NCBI GenBank assembly: GCA_965222115.1
Contig: CBDCTJ010000007.1
Coordinates: forward strand, 608,001-672,000
Source of the DNA: Planctomycetota bacterium
GTDB lineage: Bacteria > Planctomycetota > PLA2 > JAEUHO01
Direction: 5' to 3'
DNA: 64,000 nt
A program made the translations under genes and the position numbers. The notes beneath the pieces are model-generated. The model worked only from the letters and a program-made list of their open reading frames with translations. It was not told the origin of the DNA and ran no database searches. Below are positions 39,669 to 48,907 of the stretch, piece after piece (the stretch's first letter is position 1; every line of letters begins with the position of its first letter).

Positions 39669-40052
39669 CTATGACGCCGCGATGAACCGCGCGACGTCCT
39701 CCGAGACTTCCTCGGGTACCTCATCGAGCGACCGCACGACGGAGACCAGGCGCCTACGCCAAACTGCGTGCCGTTGCCAGAACGACCGGTCGATACGAAG
39801 CAGGCTCCGCAAGAGGTCTCCTGGGTAGAAGTCCCCTTCGGCGAGAGGATCGGCTTCTACAGCTACTAGGCCTAGCGGCACGAGCCACAAGAGCCCGATC
39901 TGCTGACCGATCATGATGCGGAGGTCCTCGATGGAGAACTCTCCAATCGGTACCCTCCTCAGGCGATGACACGTGGTGACTATGTGTGAGTGGTATTCTG
40001 GCTCGCCCCAGGCCACGCCCTCTAGCTCGTTCAACGTCTTGTTCAAATCCAT
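39669..40052 (-). CDS. CdiI-like immunity protein (copy 2)
   Basis: Near-identical paralog of 30048-30434 at the same position relative to the att repeat. Confidence 0.8.
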   Translation of the reverse strand: MDLNKTLNELEGVAWGEPEYHSHIVTTCHRLRRVPIGEFSIEDLRIMIGQQIGLLWLVPLGLVAVEADPLAEGDFYPGDLLRSLLRIDRSFWQRHAVWRRRLVSVVRSLDEVPEEVSEDVARFIAAS

Positions 40053-40303
40053 GAGTCAGGTCCGCTGTCAAGTTCTTGAGTCTAGCTCCGTGTGGTGGCC
40101 CCAGCTACAGCACCGGTAGCGATCAGCGGCCAAAGCAAGATCGTCGGCGTTGACTGCATTCGTTGTTCTCAATACAGCCTGAGTTGAAGAGTCTCCATGT
40201 GAAAATAGCGAATGAGACTCCGCTTCCCCAGTCTGAGTGGACGCCTCGCTCTAGCTTACGGATGTGTGTACGCTGTCGTGTCACCGAAGACGGGAGACTC
40301 GTC

Positions 40304-40900
40304 ATGTACCGCGTCATGATTTGCGCTAGGCCCGGTAAGGAAGCGGACTCGGAAGAGCGGGCTGGTGCGTATGTGAACTGCTACATCGACTATCGCGACG
40401 CGCGCGGTGCCAAGATCCCGGCGCAGTGGTACATCGCCGACATGGGTTGGTTGCCCGAAACGGTGTTGGAAATTTGCGCGGTCGATCTCGAAGAGGTGGA
40501 GCCGGAGTTTGAGAAGTACATTCACGAAGCCCAGGCTGATGGATATTGCACAGTGGTCCACATGTGGCCCGCGGGGGCCGACGATGCCCATGAAGATGAT
40601 CACGATGATTGGGATCCACCCAGCGAGCATGAGCGCCGACTGAGGGGTGTTGCTGGGACATATGTCGATACGGAATCAAGCGAACAGGTGTTGAGGCTAC
40701 GCACGGACCGACACTTTGGGTGGGGTCGAGACGAGACGAACTACAGTGGCACGTGGCATGTATCGGGCGATGAACTCACGCTTGTGTACTTTCCGGCCAA
40801 TGAGGGTGAGAAGGCTGTACTTGACGATTCCTGGCGTGTTCTTCCCAATGCGTTGGCATGCCCCGACGCCACGTTACGCAAGGAGGCTACAAGCGCATGA
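40304..40900 (+). CDS. hypothetical protein
   Basis: GGGAG RBS before ATG 40304; acidic N-domain (GAYVNCYI) plus C-terminal beta domain (SGTWHVSGDELTL). Confidence 0.6.
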   Translation: MYRVMICARPGKEADSEERAGAYVNCYIDYRDARGAKIPAQWYIADMGWLPETVLEICAVDLEEVEPEFEKYIHEAQADGYCTVVHMWPAGADDAHEDDHDDWDPPSEHERRLRGVAGTYVDTESSEQVLRLRTDRHFGWGRDETNYSGTWHVSGDELTLVYFPANEGEKAVLDDSWRVLPNALACPDATLRKEATSA

Positions 40901-41010
40901 GTTGGGCACGCCACGCCAAGGAGGCCCTCGGTCGCGGCGAGACGGTCCACGTCCGTCCCCGCGGGCACTCCATGAAGGGCAAGGTCAAAAAATGCGACCT
41001 TGTGACGCGA
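40897..41010 (+). pseudogene. truncated paralog of the S24/S26-like gene at 31937
   Basis: MSWARHAKEALGRGETVHVRPRGHSMKGK..GDLVT-like, then homology stops. Confidence 0.8.
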
Positions 41011-41152
41011 CACCCCGCGCGCGGCAGTGTCTCCATCGCGGCCACGACTGACAGACACAGAAGGAGCGCAGATGCATGTGGGCTTCTTCGGTACGGACGA
41101 GACCGAGAATGGCTCGTCTCCGGCCAGTTCTACGGGCGGGGGTTGAGGCCTC

Positions 41153-41193
41153 TTGACGTCAAGGCTTTCTACGCGTAGAATACTACGCGTAGT
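41153..41193 (+). promoter_or_regulatory. sigma-70 promoter of the blaI-like operon with two overlapping palindromic operators
   Basis: TTGACG (41153-58), 17 bp, TAGAAT (41176-81); palindromes TTCTACGCGTAGAA (41167-80) and ACTACGCGTAGT (41182-93). Confidence 0.82.
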
Positions 41194-41216
41194 CTTCATC
41201 ATTAGGACCGCCATCT

Positions 41217-41618
41217 ATGAAGCCGCCCGCTCCCACCACCCGTGAGCTAGAGATCCTTGAGGTGCTCTGGCGTCGTAATGACGCCTCGGTACGCGACATC
41301 TACGAGGATCTGCGCGAGAAGCGTCCCCTCGTCCAGGCGACGGTTCAGGCAGTTTTGCGAACCATGACAAAGAAGGGCCTAGTCACCTATCACGAGCGGG
41401 GCCGCACCTACGTGTATCGCGCGTGTGTGCAGGCCGAGCCGACTCGGCGGCGCCTGCTCGATCGCGTGCTTCGGCAAGTGTATCAAGGCGCGGTCGATCA
41501 ACTCGTCGAGGGTGCTGTGCGGCTAAAGCCGCCGTCCGCGGACGAACTCAAACGGCTACGCAGGCTCGTCGCCGAACTCGGGTCGGAAGCCGGCGAGGGG
41601 GCGGCCGACGATGCTTGA
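41217..41618 (+). CDS. BlaI/MecI/CopY family repressor
   Basis: ELEILEVLW, TVQAVL..MTKKGLV, GRTYVY. Confidence 0.92.
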   Translation: MKPPAPTTRELEILEVLWRRNDASVRDIYEDLREKRPLVQATVQAVLRTMTKKGLVTYHERGRTYVYRACVQAEPTRRRLLDRVLRQVYQGAVDQLVEGAVRLKPPSADELKRLRRLVAELGSEAGEGAADDA

Positions 41619-43461
41619 GCTGTTCGCGGAGCGCGGTCTCATCGTCTTGTTGGCGACGTCGATCCCGCTCGTGCTTGCCGCAGTCTTGGTGGCCGCAAGC
41701 AGGCGACCCCTTCACCGGGAGCGAACCGCGGAGCTCGGGATCGTCGGGGCTGCGCTCGTGTTCATCCTCATGTTCGTTCCAATGCCCGGCCCCGTCGGCC
41801 AGTTGACGATGCCGGCCTCACGTTCGCCTACCGGAGTTGCTTACGCCGTGCCGGAGTCACGGCGTCCAGCCGTCACCGTCGGACATGAGTCGAAGTACGT
41901 CCCGATGGCGCGCCACGTCCCCTCGCAAGACTCGGCGATGGGGAGTCGGAAAGCGGTGGCTATAGCGTTCGTCTGTGCCTCGCTCGCTATGCTCGCGTTG
42001 TTTGCCGGCAGTCTGTTGGCGCTGGCCCGACTTGCGCGCCATGGCCGTCCGCTGCCGGTGTGGCTCTCCGCGCGTCTGCCAACGACACCCCGACATGTGC
42101 AGGTGCTCCTCTGCGATCGGAGCCTTCGCCCGGTCTGTTTTCGCCTCCGGCGGATCTACATTTTGCTGCCATCCCATCTCGCACAACCCGGCAACGCAGC
42201 CATGCTCCATAGCGTTGTGGAGCACGAACTCGCGCACGTTCAGCTCGGGCACGCGCACTGGCGTCAGGTGATTGCCGCGTGCTCCGTGGTCCTGTTCCCG
42301 CACCCTGTCTACTGGTGGCTTACGGCAAGGCAGCGTGAGGCTGCCGAATTACTCGCCGATGAAGCGGCTTCCTTGCGCGTCGGCAAGAAGTCCTATGTCG
42401 AGCACCTGATCGAGCTTGTGGAGCAGCTTCGGGCGAGGCAGGCAAAACGCGTCTCATCGCCCTTGTCCACGCTCTCGGTGCTCAGTGTACGCGACAAGGT
42501 TGATGGCCACTTCTCGTTAAGGATGAGGACTCTGCTTATGCGGTCGAAGATGCTTCGTTCTCGGTTCACACCACTCCAGTTCGCCACGCGCGCGATCGCG
42601 TTCGGCGGGCTGCTCGGAGTGATCACGTTGGCACTCGGTCGGCCGATCTTTGCGGAGGATGCAGGGAGCCCAGGCTTGGCAGCGGCGCCCGAGAATCCCC
42701 TGGAACGAGTGCAGGTACGCCGGGATGTCTGGAAGAAGATCCTATTGGTCCATGAGCGCGCGAAAGACCAGGCGGGAATGGAGCATGCCGACTTTGCACT
42801 CGAAGCACTGCAGGGCAGTGGCGTCAGTTCCGGTTCGACACCCGAACTTCTGCCCGGTACATCCGGGCGGCGCTTGATCGACTCCGTTAAGCGGGCTGCG
42901 CGGGGACTCGTAGAGTCTGGCGACTCGGTCTCGGCCGTGGCCTGTTCGGCGCTTGCAACGTACTACACAGCGCGTTGCCAGAAGTCGCCCCTGGCGCTTG
43001 ACCGGTTGGACCATAAGACGGCGAGTGGGCGACGATCTCTTCTGCGACGGGCGTGGCTCGACCGAGACGACATGCGCGAACATCCTGCTACCTCGCTCGT
43101 GCGCGCGATCTACCAGATGGAGTACGACGCTGTGCGTCTTGAGGAGCGTGGACGGAGAGCGGTTGAGCCCACGCCTTCGCGGTTACGGCTCGTCGCGAGT
43201 CCACTTCGTGCTGCGAGCATTCTGGCAGCCACCGAAAAGCCTGCGATCGGGCGTGCGCTTGCACGCTTGGCGAGCTTCTATTGGAACCGTGCGGACGAAC
43301 TCGAGGAGCGCGCGGTGCTGCGCGAGAGGCTACAGGCAGATATCGATAGATTTGAGGCTGAACTTGCGGCTCTGACACAGCGGCCCAAGACCGCCAAGAC
43401 CACCCGCCGCATTGCCGAGCTGAATCAGCAACTCGAAGCGCTGCGCGCGGCCTTTCGGTAA
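41611..43461 (+). CDS. BlaR1-like M56 metallopeptidase sensor
   Basis: TMs, HELAH zinc motif, FPHPVYWW, ELLADE; overlaps blaI. Confidence 0.88.
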   Translation: MLELFAERGLIVLLATSIPLVLAAVLVAASRRPLHRERTAELGIVGAALVFILMFVPMPGPVGQLTMPASRSPTGVAYAVPESRRPAVTVGHESKYVPMARHVPSQDSAMGSRKAVAIAFVCASLAMLALFAGSLLALARLARHGRPLPVWLSARLPTTPRHVQVLLCDRSLRPVCFRLRRIYILLPSHLAQPGNAAMLHSVVEHELAHVQLGHAHWRQVIAACSVVLFPHPVYWWLTARQREAAELLADEAASLRVGKKSYVEHLIELVEQLRARQAKRVSSPLSTLSVLSVRDKVDGHFSLRMRTLLMRSKMLRSRFTPLQFATRAIAFGGLLGVITLALGRPIFAEDAGSPGLAAAPENPLERVQVRRDVWKKILLVHERAKDQAGMEHADFALEALQGSGVSSGSTPELLPGTSGRRLIDSVKRAARGLVESGDSVSAVACSALATYYTARCQKSPLALDRLDHKTASGRRSLLRRAWLDRDDMREHPATSLVRAIYQMEYDAVRLEERGRRAVEPTPSRLRLVASPLRAASILAATEKPAIGRALARLASFYWNRADELEERAVLRERLQADIDRFEAELAALTQRPKTAKTTRRIAELNQQLEALRAAFR

Positions 43462-43721
43462 GCAACGACGAATGGAATAGGACTCGCGCAGCGAATTCCC
43501 GATGGCAATCTACCGAGTCTTCGGTCTCAGTGGCTGGAGCTTTATCACCAGCGATCCGGCGCCGTTGTCAAGTCCCTCCGAGCCGCTCTGCTCCGCGGTG
43601 CCGAAGTGATAAAACTCCGGTACTCGTTCGCAGCGGCGGCCAATGCTCCAATGAGTTCCGCGTGCCCACCACGGGCCGATTGAGCGCCCCGAAACAAAGG
43701 CTCGCGATATTCTCCTTACTT

Positions 43722-44648
43722 ATGCAGGCACAAGCACCGAGCGGGCAACCACTACGCGCGCGCTTGCGCTGCATATTCTTCGCGCTCATATTCTCGTTGT
43801 GTGCCTTTGCATCATGCGGAACGCCTTCAAAGGCGCCTGCAACGAATCTCCACCTAATGACATTTAACATTCGATGGGAGATACCCGGTCGCGATGGGGC
43901 CAATGGATGGCCGCATCGGCGGGAGATGGTTTTCGACATCCTGCGTAAGGACGCCCTCGATGTTGTGGGCCTGCAAGAGGCCACACCCGACCAGCTAACC
44001 GACGTGCTCACCGCCGTACCCACGCTAAAGGCGCACAGCACGGACCCTATCATGAACGGAATTGCGATTCTCTATCGCCAGGATCGCTTCGACCTTGCGG
44101 ACCACGGCGCCTTTTGGTTCTCTCCCACGCCCGACGTGCCCGATTCGAGAGACTGGAGTGGCGCCAACCGTCGTCATGTGTGTGCGTGGGTACGACTCAC
44201 TGAGCGCCAAACGGATCGCACGTTTTACGTCTACAACGTTCACCTCGATCTACTTGCATTGTCACGCGAGAAGAGCGTGATTCTGCTCTGTGAACGCGTG
44301 CGCGCCCAAACTCCCAAAGCGCCCGCCATTCTTCTTGGTGACTTCAACTTCTCCGAACACGCATCTCCCGCACGCTACATGCGGGGCGAGATCGAGCTCG
44401 ACGCAGGCCGGGGAGCCAGGCGGGTCGCGACTCGTTGGGTTGACTCGTTTCGCGTCGTCCATACCGACACCAAGGACGTGAGTACAACGAGTTGGTTTCG
44501 AGGCGTGACACGCGGCAACAAAATCGATTACATCTTTGTTGCACCGGGTACGCACGTGATCGACGCGTCCATCAACCGCACACACGTTGATGGGCGTTAC
44601 CCCTCCGATCATTATCCTGTTACGGCTACCGTCATATTACCGGATTGA
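43722..44648 (+). CDS. endonuclease/exonuclease/phosphatase family protein (probable lipoprotein)
   Basis: FASC lipobox, MTFNIR, GLQE, NVHL, GDFN, KIDYIF, SDHYPV. Confidence 0.9.
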   Translation: MQAQAPSGQPLRARLRCIFFALIFSLCAFASCGTPSKAPATNLHLMTFNIRWEIPGRDGANGWPHRREMVFDILRKDALDVVGLQEATPDQLTDVLTAVPTLKAHSTDPIMNGIAILYRQDRFDLADHGAFWFSPTPDVPDSRDWSGANRRHVCAWVRLTERQTDRTFYVYNVHLDLLALSREKSVILLCERVRAQTPKAPAILLGDFNFSEHASPARYMRGEIELDAGRGARRVATRWVDSFRVVHTDTKDVSTTSWFRGVTRGNKIDYIFVAPGTHVIDASINRTHVDGRYPSDHYPVTATVILPD

Positions 44649-44667
44649 AGCATCACAAGATGCCGTG

Positions 44668-45036
44668 CCGCATTATGGGTTTGCGATGATGCGTGGGCGA
44701 ACCTGCGTGCCGTGCGCGACGTACATCAGTCTGGACAGAGACTGCGCCTTTCTGAAGCTGTCCTTCAGCTCGCCAGCATTACAACGCCGTGTACCACCCA
44801 AGATTGAATTTGAAGCGGAGGGTCCATACGGTCCCGCGAAGTTTCGTTGGCTTACGGCGATTGGACGATCCGTTCACAACCGCGTGATCATTCACATCGG
44901 CCTCATGGATTGGGAGGTTACAGAGCCAAAAGACAGAGAGATTGACGAGTGGGACTTGCTGGCTACACACGGCTACCTCCAACCGAGTGCAGGCGGACTG
45001 GAATACGTGGTATCGACGGTCTTTTCGTGGCCGTAG
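44668..45036 (+). pseudogene. C-terminal remnant paralogous to 32801-33745
   Basis: YGFAMMRGRTCVPCATYI.LD.DCAFLKLSF...EYV..T.FSW shared; DNA similarity continues to the motif at 45131. Confidence 0.8.
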
Positions 45037-45130
45037 GAAGCGCGCGGCGTTCCGAGGAAACTCTGCGCAACGCAAATGCCAGTTCCGGTGTGCGCATGTG
45101 TAGAGCCTGCGATTCACGCGGATTACATCG

Positions 45131-45190
45131 AAAAGTGTGGATTTTGCCCGTACACCGTATCTTCACCGTATCTTCCGTACACCGTATCTT
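45131..45190 (+). repeat. dispersed junction motif, copy D
   Basis: AAAAGTGTGGATTTTGCCCGTACACCGTATCTT-CACCGTATCTT-CCGTACACCGTATCTT. Confidence 0.92.
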
Positions 45191-45241
45191 CGAATCTCAC
45201 CGAATCTTTGGTGGATGCACCACCGAGGGGAGAAGATCCGC

Positions 45242-45730
45242 CTAGGCGAAGGGGAACGCCTCAACCTGCGCGGAGAGGTCGGGCCGTCCGACCAGGGCGA
45301 TAACGCCCGGCGATGAGTTTGCGTCCTGAAGATCGAAGTCCAGTGCGCAGTCCCTGAAGAACTCAAGTGCGTCCTCAATGCTCTCATCAGCGTGCCAGGT
45401 GGTCATCGTGAAGGTGGGGCCAGGCGCCCCGTCGACCTTACGTTCAATGAGCGCCTCGTCCATCATGTCGTGGAGGCGTTCACAGTCCGGTCCCCACGCC
45501 GAGAAGTAGGCAAGTCCCTGCTTGATCGCAAGGTCGGCAAAGATGTTCCACGCGGCGAAGCCGTCTTCCGCCACGTCTCTGTCGTCGATAACGATGAACA
45601 GGCTGAATCTCTGACCATCGAGCGGGAGGTCGGTCGGCCATGCGCCAAGGTCGTCGAGTAGCAGCAGCACGTACGGTCGCGTAGACGTGGCAGAGTCTGT
45701 TGGTCTAGGTAGATGTCGCAGTTCCGGCAT
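45242..45730 (-). CDS. conserved hypothetical protein (DUF7684-like)
   Basis: GLAYFSAWGPDCERLHD..DE and MTTWH.DES.EDAL.FF motifs. Confidence 0.65.
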   Translation of the reverse strand: MPELRHLPRPTDSATSTRPYVLLLLDDLGAWPTDLPLDGQRFSLFIVIDDRDVAEDGFAAWNIFADLAIKQGLAYFSAWGPDCERLHDMMDEALIERKVDGAPGPTFTMTTWHADESIEDALEFFRDCALDFDLQDANSSPGVIALVGRPDLSAQVEAFPFA

Positions 45731-45806
45731 GGACGTAGTGTAGTCACAGGCGCGACCGAGGGCTGTGTTCCCTCTGCGGTTGTCGTTCACGAACTACGAG
45801 GCGCAG

Positions 45807-46970
45807 TCATGCTTTGATGTCGTGGAGCAAACGCTTGGCTGCTACCGCCCGAATATGCTTTGAGAGCGGGTAAGTCTCGTCTCCGGCGTGGATGACGTCG
45901 ATCCTGGTTAGGCCGAGAGAGTCCATGGCAGAGCGCATCGACTTTGTGATGCGCGGGGCCGTCGTCCGCTTGAACTCGAATCCGCGCCGCTTACCGCTTG
46001 CTTCGACGAGAAGGTCGAGCTCTGCACCCGTGTGTGTGGCCCAGAAGTAGCATTGGCGATCTCGTACGCCGAGTCGGTGAATCACCGCTTCCAGCAAGAG
46101 CCCTTCCCAGGAGGCGCCGAGTTTGGGATGTCTCTCTAGTGACCGCTTCGAGTCCACGCCGAGGAAGTTGTGCAAGATACCGGTATCACGTAGATAGACC
46201 TTTGGTGACTTGACCTGTCGCTTCCCGATGTTGGCGAAGTAGGGGCGCAGAACCCGCACCATGTAAGTCGCCTCGAACGCTTCGAGATATCGTCGCGTCA
46301 CATGGTGGGATACACCGAAGGAGCGCGCGAGTTCCGAAGCGTTCCACGTCTGGCCGTGGTAATGCGCCAACATCGCCCAGAACCTCTCAAGTGTTGTCGC
46401 CGGGATCGAGATCCCAAGCTGCGGGACATCGCGCTCCAAGAAGGTTCTCACGAAGTCCGCTCGCCAACGGTCACTGTCGGCATTCGAACGGGCAAGGAAA
46501 GATCTCGGGAAGCCGCCACGCAGCCAGAGCCGATCCAGGCGTTTCATCCCGACCTCGTCGAGTGTGAATCCCGAGAGTTCGTGAAAGGCGATGCGGCCGG
46601 CAAGGGTCTCTGAGCCTTGTCGAAGGAGTTCCGGGGAGGCGCTGCCAAGTACAAGGAACCTAGCGGGCGTCCTTGGCCGATCGGCGAGTACGCGAAGCGC
46701 GGGAAACAACTCCGGTCGGCGTTGAATCTCGTCCAGTACAACGATGCCGCGCAGACTACGTAGTGCGAGTTCCGGGTCCTCCAGGCGGGCCACATCGGCT
46801 GCGCGTTCGAGGTCGAAGAACGTCGTCGGGTGCGACTGTCCGGCCAAGAACGTGCGAGCGAGGGTCGTCTTGCCTACTTGGCGGGCGCCCAGCAGGGCAA
46901 CCACCGGGCTGCGTTTGAGCAGTCGGCGTAAGATCGCGGACTGGCGGGAACGATTGATCACGGGCGCCAA
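45807..46970 (-). CDS. AAA_14 ATPase with DUF4143 domain
   Basis: GARQVGKTT, LDEIQ, LGSAS, ETLAGR, RGGFP, KSPKVYLRDTG, ELDL...FEFK. Confidence 0.92.
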   Translation of the reverse strand: MAPVINRSRQSAILRRLLKRSPVVALLGARQVGKTTLARTFLAGQSHPTTFFDLERAADVARLEDPELALRSLRGIVVLDEIQRRPELFPALRVLADRPRTPARFLVLGSASPELLRQGSETLAGRIAFHELSGFTLDEVGMKRLDRLWLRGGFPRSFLARSNADSDRWRADFVRTFLERDVPQLGISIPATTLERFWAMLAHYHGQTWNASELARSFGVSHHVTRRYLEAFEATYMVRVLRPYFANIGKRQVKSPKVYLRDTGILHNFLGVDSKRSLERHPKLGASWEGLLLEAVIHRLGVRDRQCYFWATHTGAELDLLVEASGKRRGFEFKRTTAPRITKSMRSAMDSLGLTRIDVIHAGDETYPLSKHIRAVAAKRLLHDIKA

Positions 46971-46974
46971 GTTA

Positions 46975-47011
46975 CCATGAAAATTGGACGACGATCATCC
47001 AATATTCATGG
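46975..47011. promoter_or_regulatory. 14-bp inverted repeat upstream of the ATPase gene
   Basis: CCATGAAAATTGGA-N9-TCCAATATTCATGG (one mismatch). Confidence 0.6.
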
Positions 47012-47111
47012 ATTGAATTCTTGGCTGGGTGGTTTCCTTGGCGTGTTCGGGCGCGGTGCCACGTCGCGTCCGAGAGGATAGACACCAAGGATCACGCCTT
47101 CCGCCGCTCGC

Positions 47112-47456
47112 CTACCACGGAAGCCATGTTTGCGGTCCCCACGAAAGTATCGCAACGGTGCCGGCCAATATGAGGAGGAGCAAGGCGGGGACGACCTTTG
47201 AGATTGGATGTCTGACTTTCAGGTGGTTTGCAATGGCTCCCAGCATGAGTGCGATTAGTCCGAGTGCTGCCCAGAAGCGAGTGGCGTTGAAGAAGAGGGC
47301 GGCCGCGCCGAGAACCTCTAGTGCGCCGACGGCAAGGATGCTCCATCGCGGGAGGCCGAACTCTTGGAACTGCGCAACAAGGGGTTTCGCCCTTAGGAGT
47401 TTGGCGGCGCCGGCGATGACGAATGCGATTGCCATGAGTCCCGCAAGAATCATCAT
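47112..47456 (-). CDS. DoxX-like membrane protein
   Basis: F..AG.AKL, F..FGLP.W, VGALEVLGA, MLGAIANH. Confidence 0.85.
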   Translation of the reverse strand: MMILAGLMAIAFVIAGAAKLLRAKPLVAQFQEFGLPRWSILAVGALEVLGAAALFFNATRFWAALGLIALMLGAIANHLKVRHPISKVVPALLLLILAGTVAILSWGPQTWLPW

Positions 47457-47527
47457 TTGAAGTCGCCCCGTAGGAGCGCCCGCCGCGCATGAGCGTGTAG
47501 GCGGACGCTCGGGAAATATGTGCTGTG

Positions 47528-48769
47528 CTAGAACTTCCCGTTGTCGTTCTTCCATTCGGATCGTCGCGGAATGGGGGAGATGACATCCCAGTGTTCGACG
47601 ATGCGCCCGTTCTCGACGCGGAATAGATCGTAGAACGCCGTGTGGTCACCCTTTCCGAACTGACCTTCGCTCATCGTCAGGACGAAGTTCCCCTGGCCCA
47701 AGACCTTGTGCGTCTTCGTGTACTTCATCACGAGGCCGTTGTCGGCGAAGTATTTCAGCGCCGCGCCGAGGCCATCGAGTCCGTCGGCGATTGCGGGATT
47801 GTGTTGGTGGTATTTTTCGGGGTTGATAAAGGCGGTGAGATTGTCCGTCTTTCCGCCGATCAAGACCTCGTGTACGAACGCCTTTACCAGTTGCTTGTTG
47901 GCTTCGGTTTTGTCGAGATCAGTAACCTCGGTGGGGCCGTCGGTCTGCGTTCGTCCGCTTGGATTGGGTGGCTGGATCGCCGCGAGGTTGTCCCAGTGTT
48001 CCACAATGCGGCCATCCTCGAAACGAAACACGTCAAACCCGATCTTGGGACCGAAGAAGTCGTAGATCGTGTGTGCGACCACGAAGTCGCCGTCCTCGAA
48101 TGCACGAACGACTTCGGCCTTGAAACCTTCAGGGGGCGCGGTTTTCAGAAGCGCGCCGAATCCTTCTAGCCCGTCAGCAACCGCCAGGTTGTGCTGAGTG
48201 TACTTATCCGGGTTGATGTGTGCCTCGGGACCGGTGTCTCCGGTCTCAAGAGACTTGAGCAGGGCGACAGCTTTATCCTTGTTCGACATGGGTGCTCCAA
48301 ATGTGTGTCGTCTCGGCAGCGATGCGTTCCCTACGTAACGTTTCATTTTCATCGTCTCTGCCTTGATCGACGCCATGAACTGTTTCGTGGCGGGCGCGCT
48401 GGCGAAACTCGCCATCGAAGCGTCCGCATCCTTGGTGGATCGCCAATGGACAATGACCAACCATTGGCCGTCGGCGCTCGCGGCCGACTGTCGGGCCAGG
48501 AACCCCGGCTGTTTCGACACGTGTTGCGTTGCCACCGCGTCATCGAGTGGACGGAACTCGTCGGGCGAAACGCCGTCCTTCAGCGTAAAGGTGACGATCT
48601 CAATGACTGGGCCTGCGGCGTCGTGTGTCTGCGTCTCTGGTCGACTCGGCACGTCCCTGCCGCATCCTAGCGACGCAGCAAGCACACCAATCATCACAGC
48701 GAAGTAGGCGGGCGGAATCCGAACGCATGTGCCGCGGCTCGCGGGATCGGATAAGGTCGATGTACCCAT
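47528..48769 (-). CDS. lipoprotein-signal + ABM-like domain fused in frame to tandem SnoaL-like domains
   Basis: ASLGC lipobox; EIVTF...QPGF..R...VHW; two YxQHN...ADG...FRxExGRIVEHWD units; internal RBS + ATG at 48289. Confidence 0.8.
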   Translation of the reverse strand: MGTSTLSDPASRGTCVRIPPAYFAVMIGVLAASLGCGRDVPSRPETQTHDAAGPVIEIVTFTLKDGVSPDEFRPLDDAVATQHVSKQPGFLARQSAASADGQWLVIVHWRSTKDADASMASFASAPATKQFMASIKAETMKMKRYVGNASLPRRHTFGAPMSNKDKAVALLKSLETGDTGPEAHINPDKYTQHNLAVADGLEGFGALLKTAPPEGFKAEVVRAFEDGDFVVAHTIYDFFGPKIGFDVFRFEDGRIVEHWDNLAAIQPPNPSGRTQTDGPTEVTDLDKTEANKQLVKAFVHEVLIGGKTDNLTAFINPEKYHQHNPAIADGLDGLGAALKYFADNGLVMKYTKTHKVLGQGNFVLTMSEGQFGKGDHTAFYDLFRVENGRIVEHWDVISPIPRRSEWKNDNGKF

Positions 48770-48907
48770 GGTCTGTGTCTCCGCGCCGTTTCGAAAGTGG
48801 ACGGGCGAGATGGTGTATCGAGTTCCGAGGCGCTCAAGGTCGATTGGCGACAATCAATGGTCAAAACACGACTTGGCGGCCCTCGTCAGCTTCGTGAAGG
48901 CGTTGAA

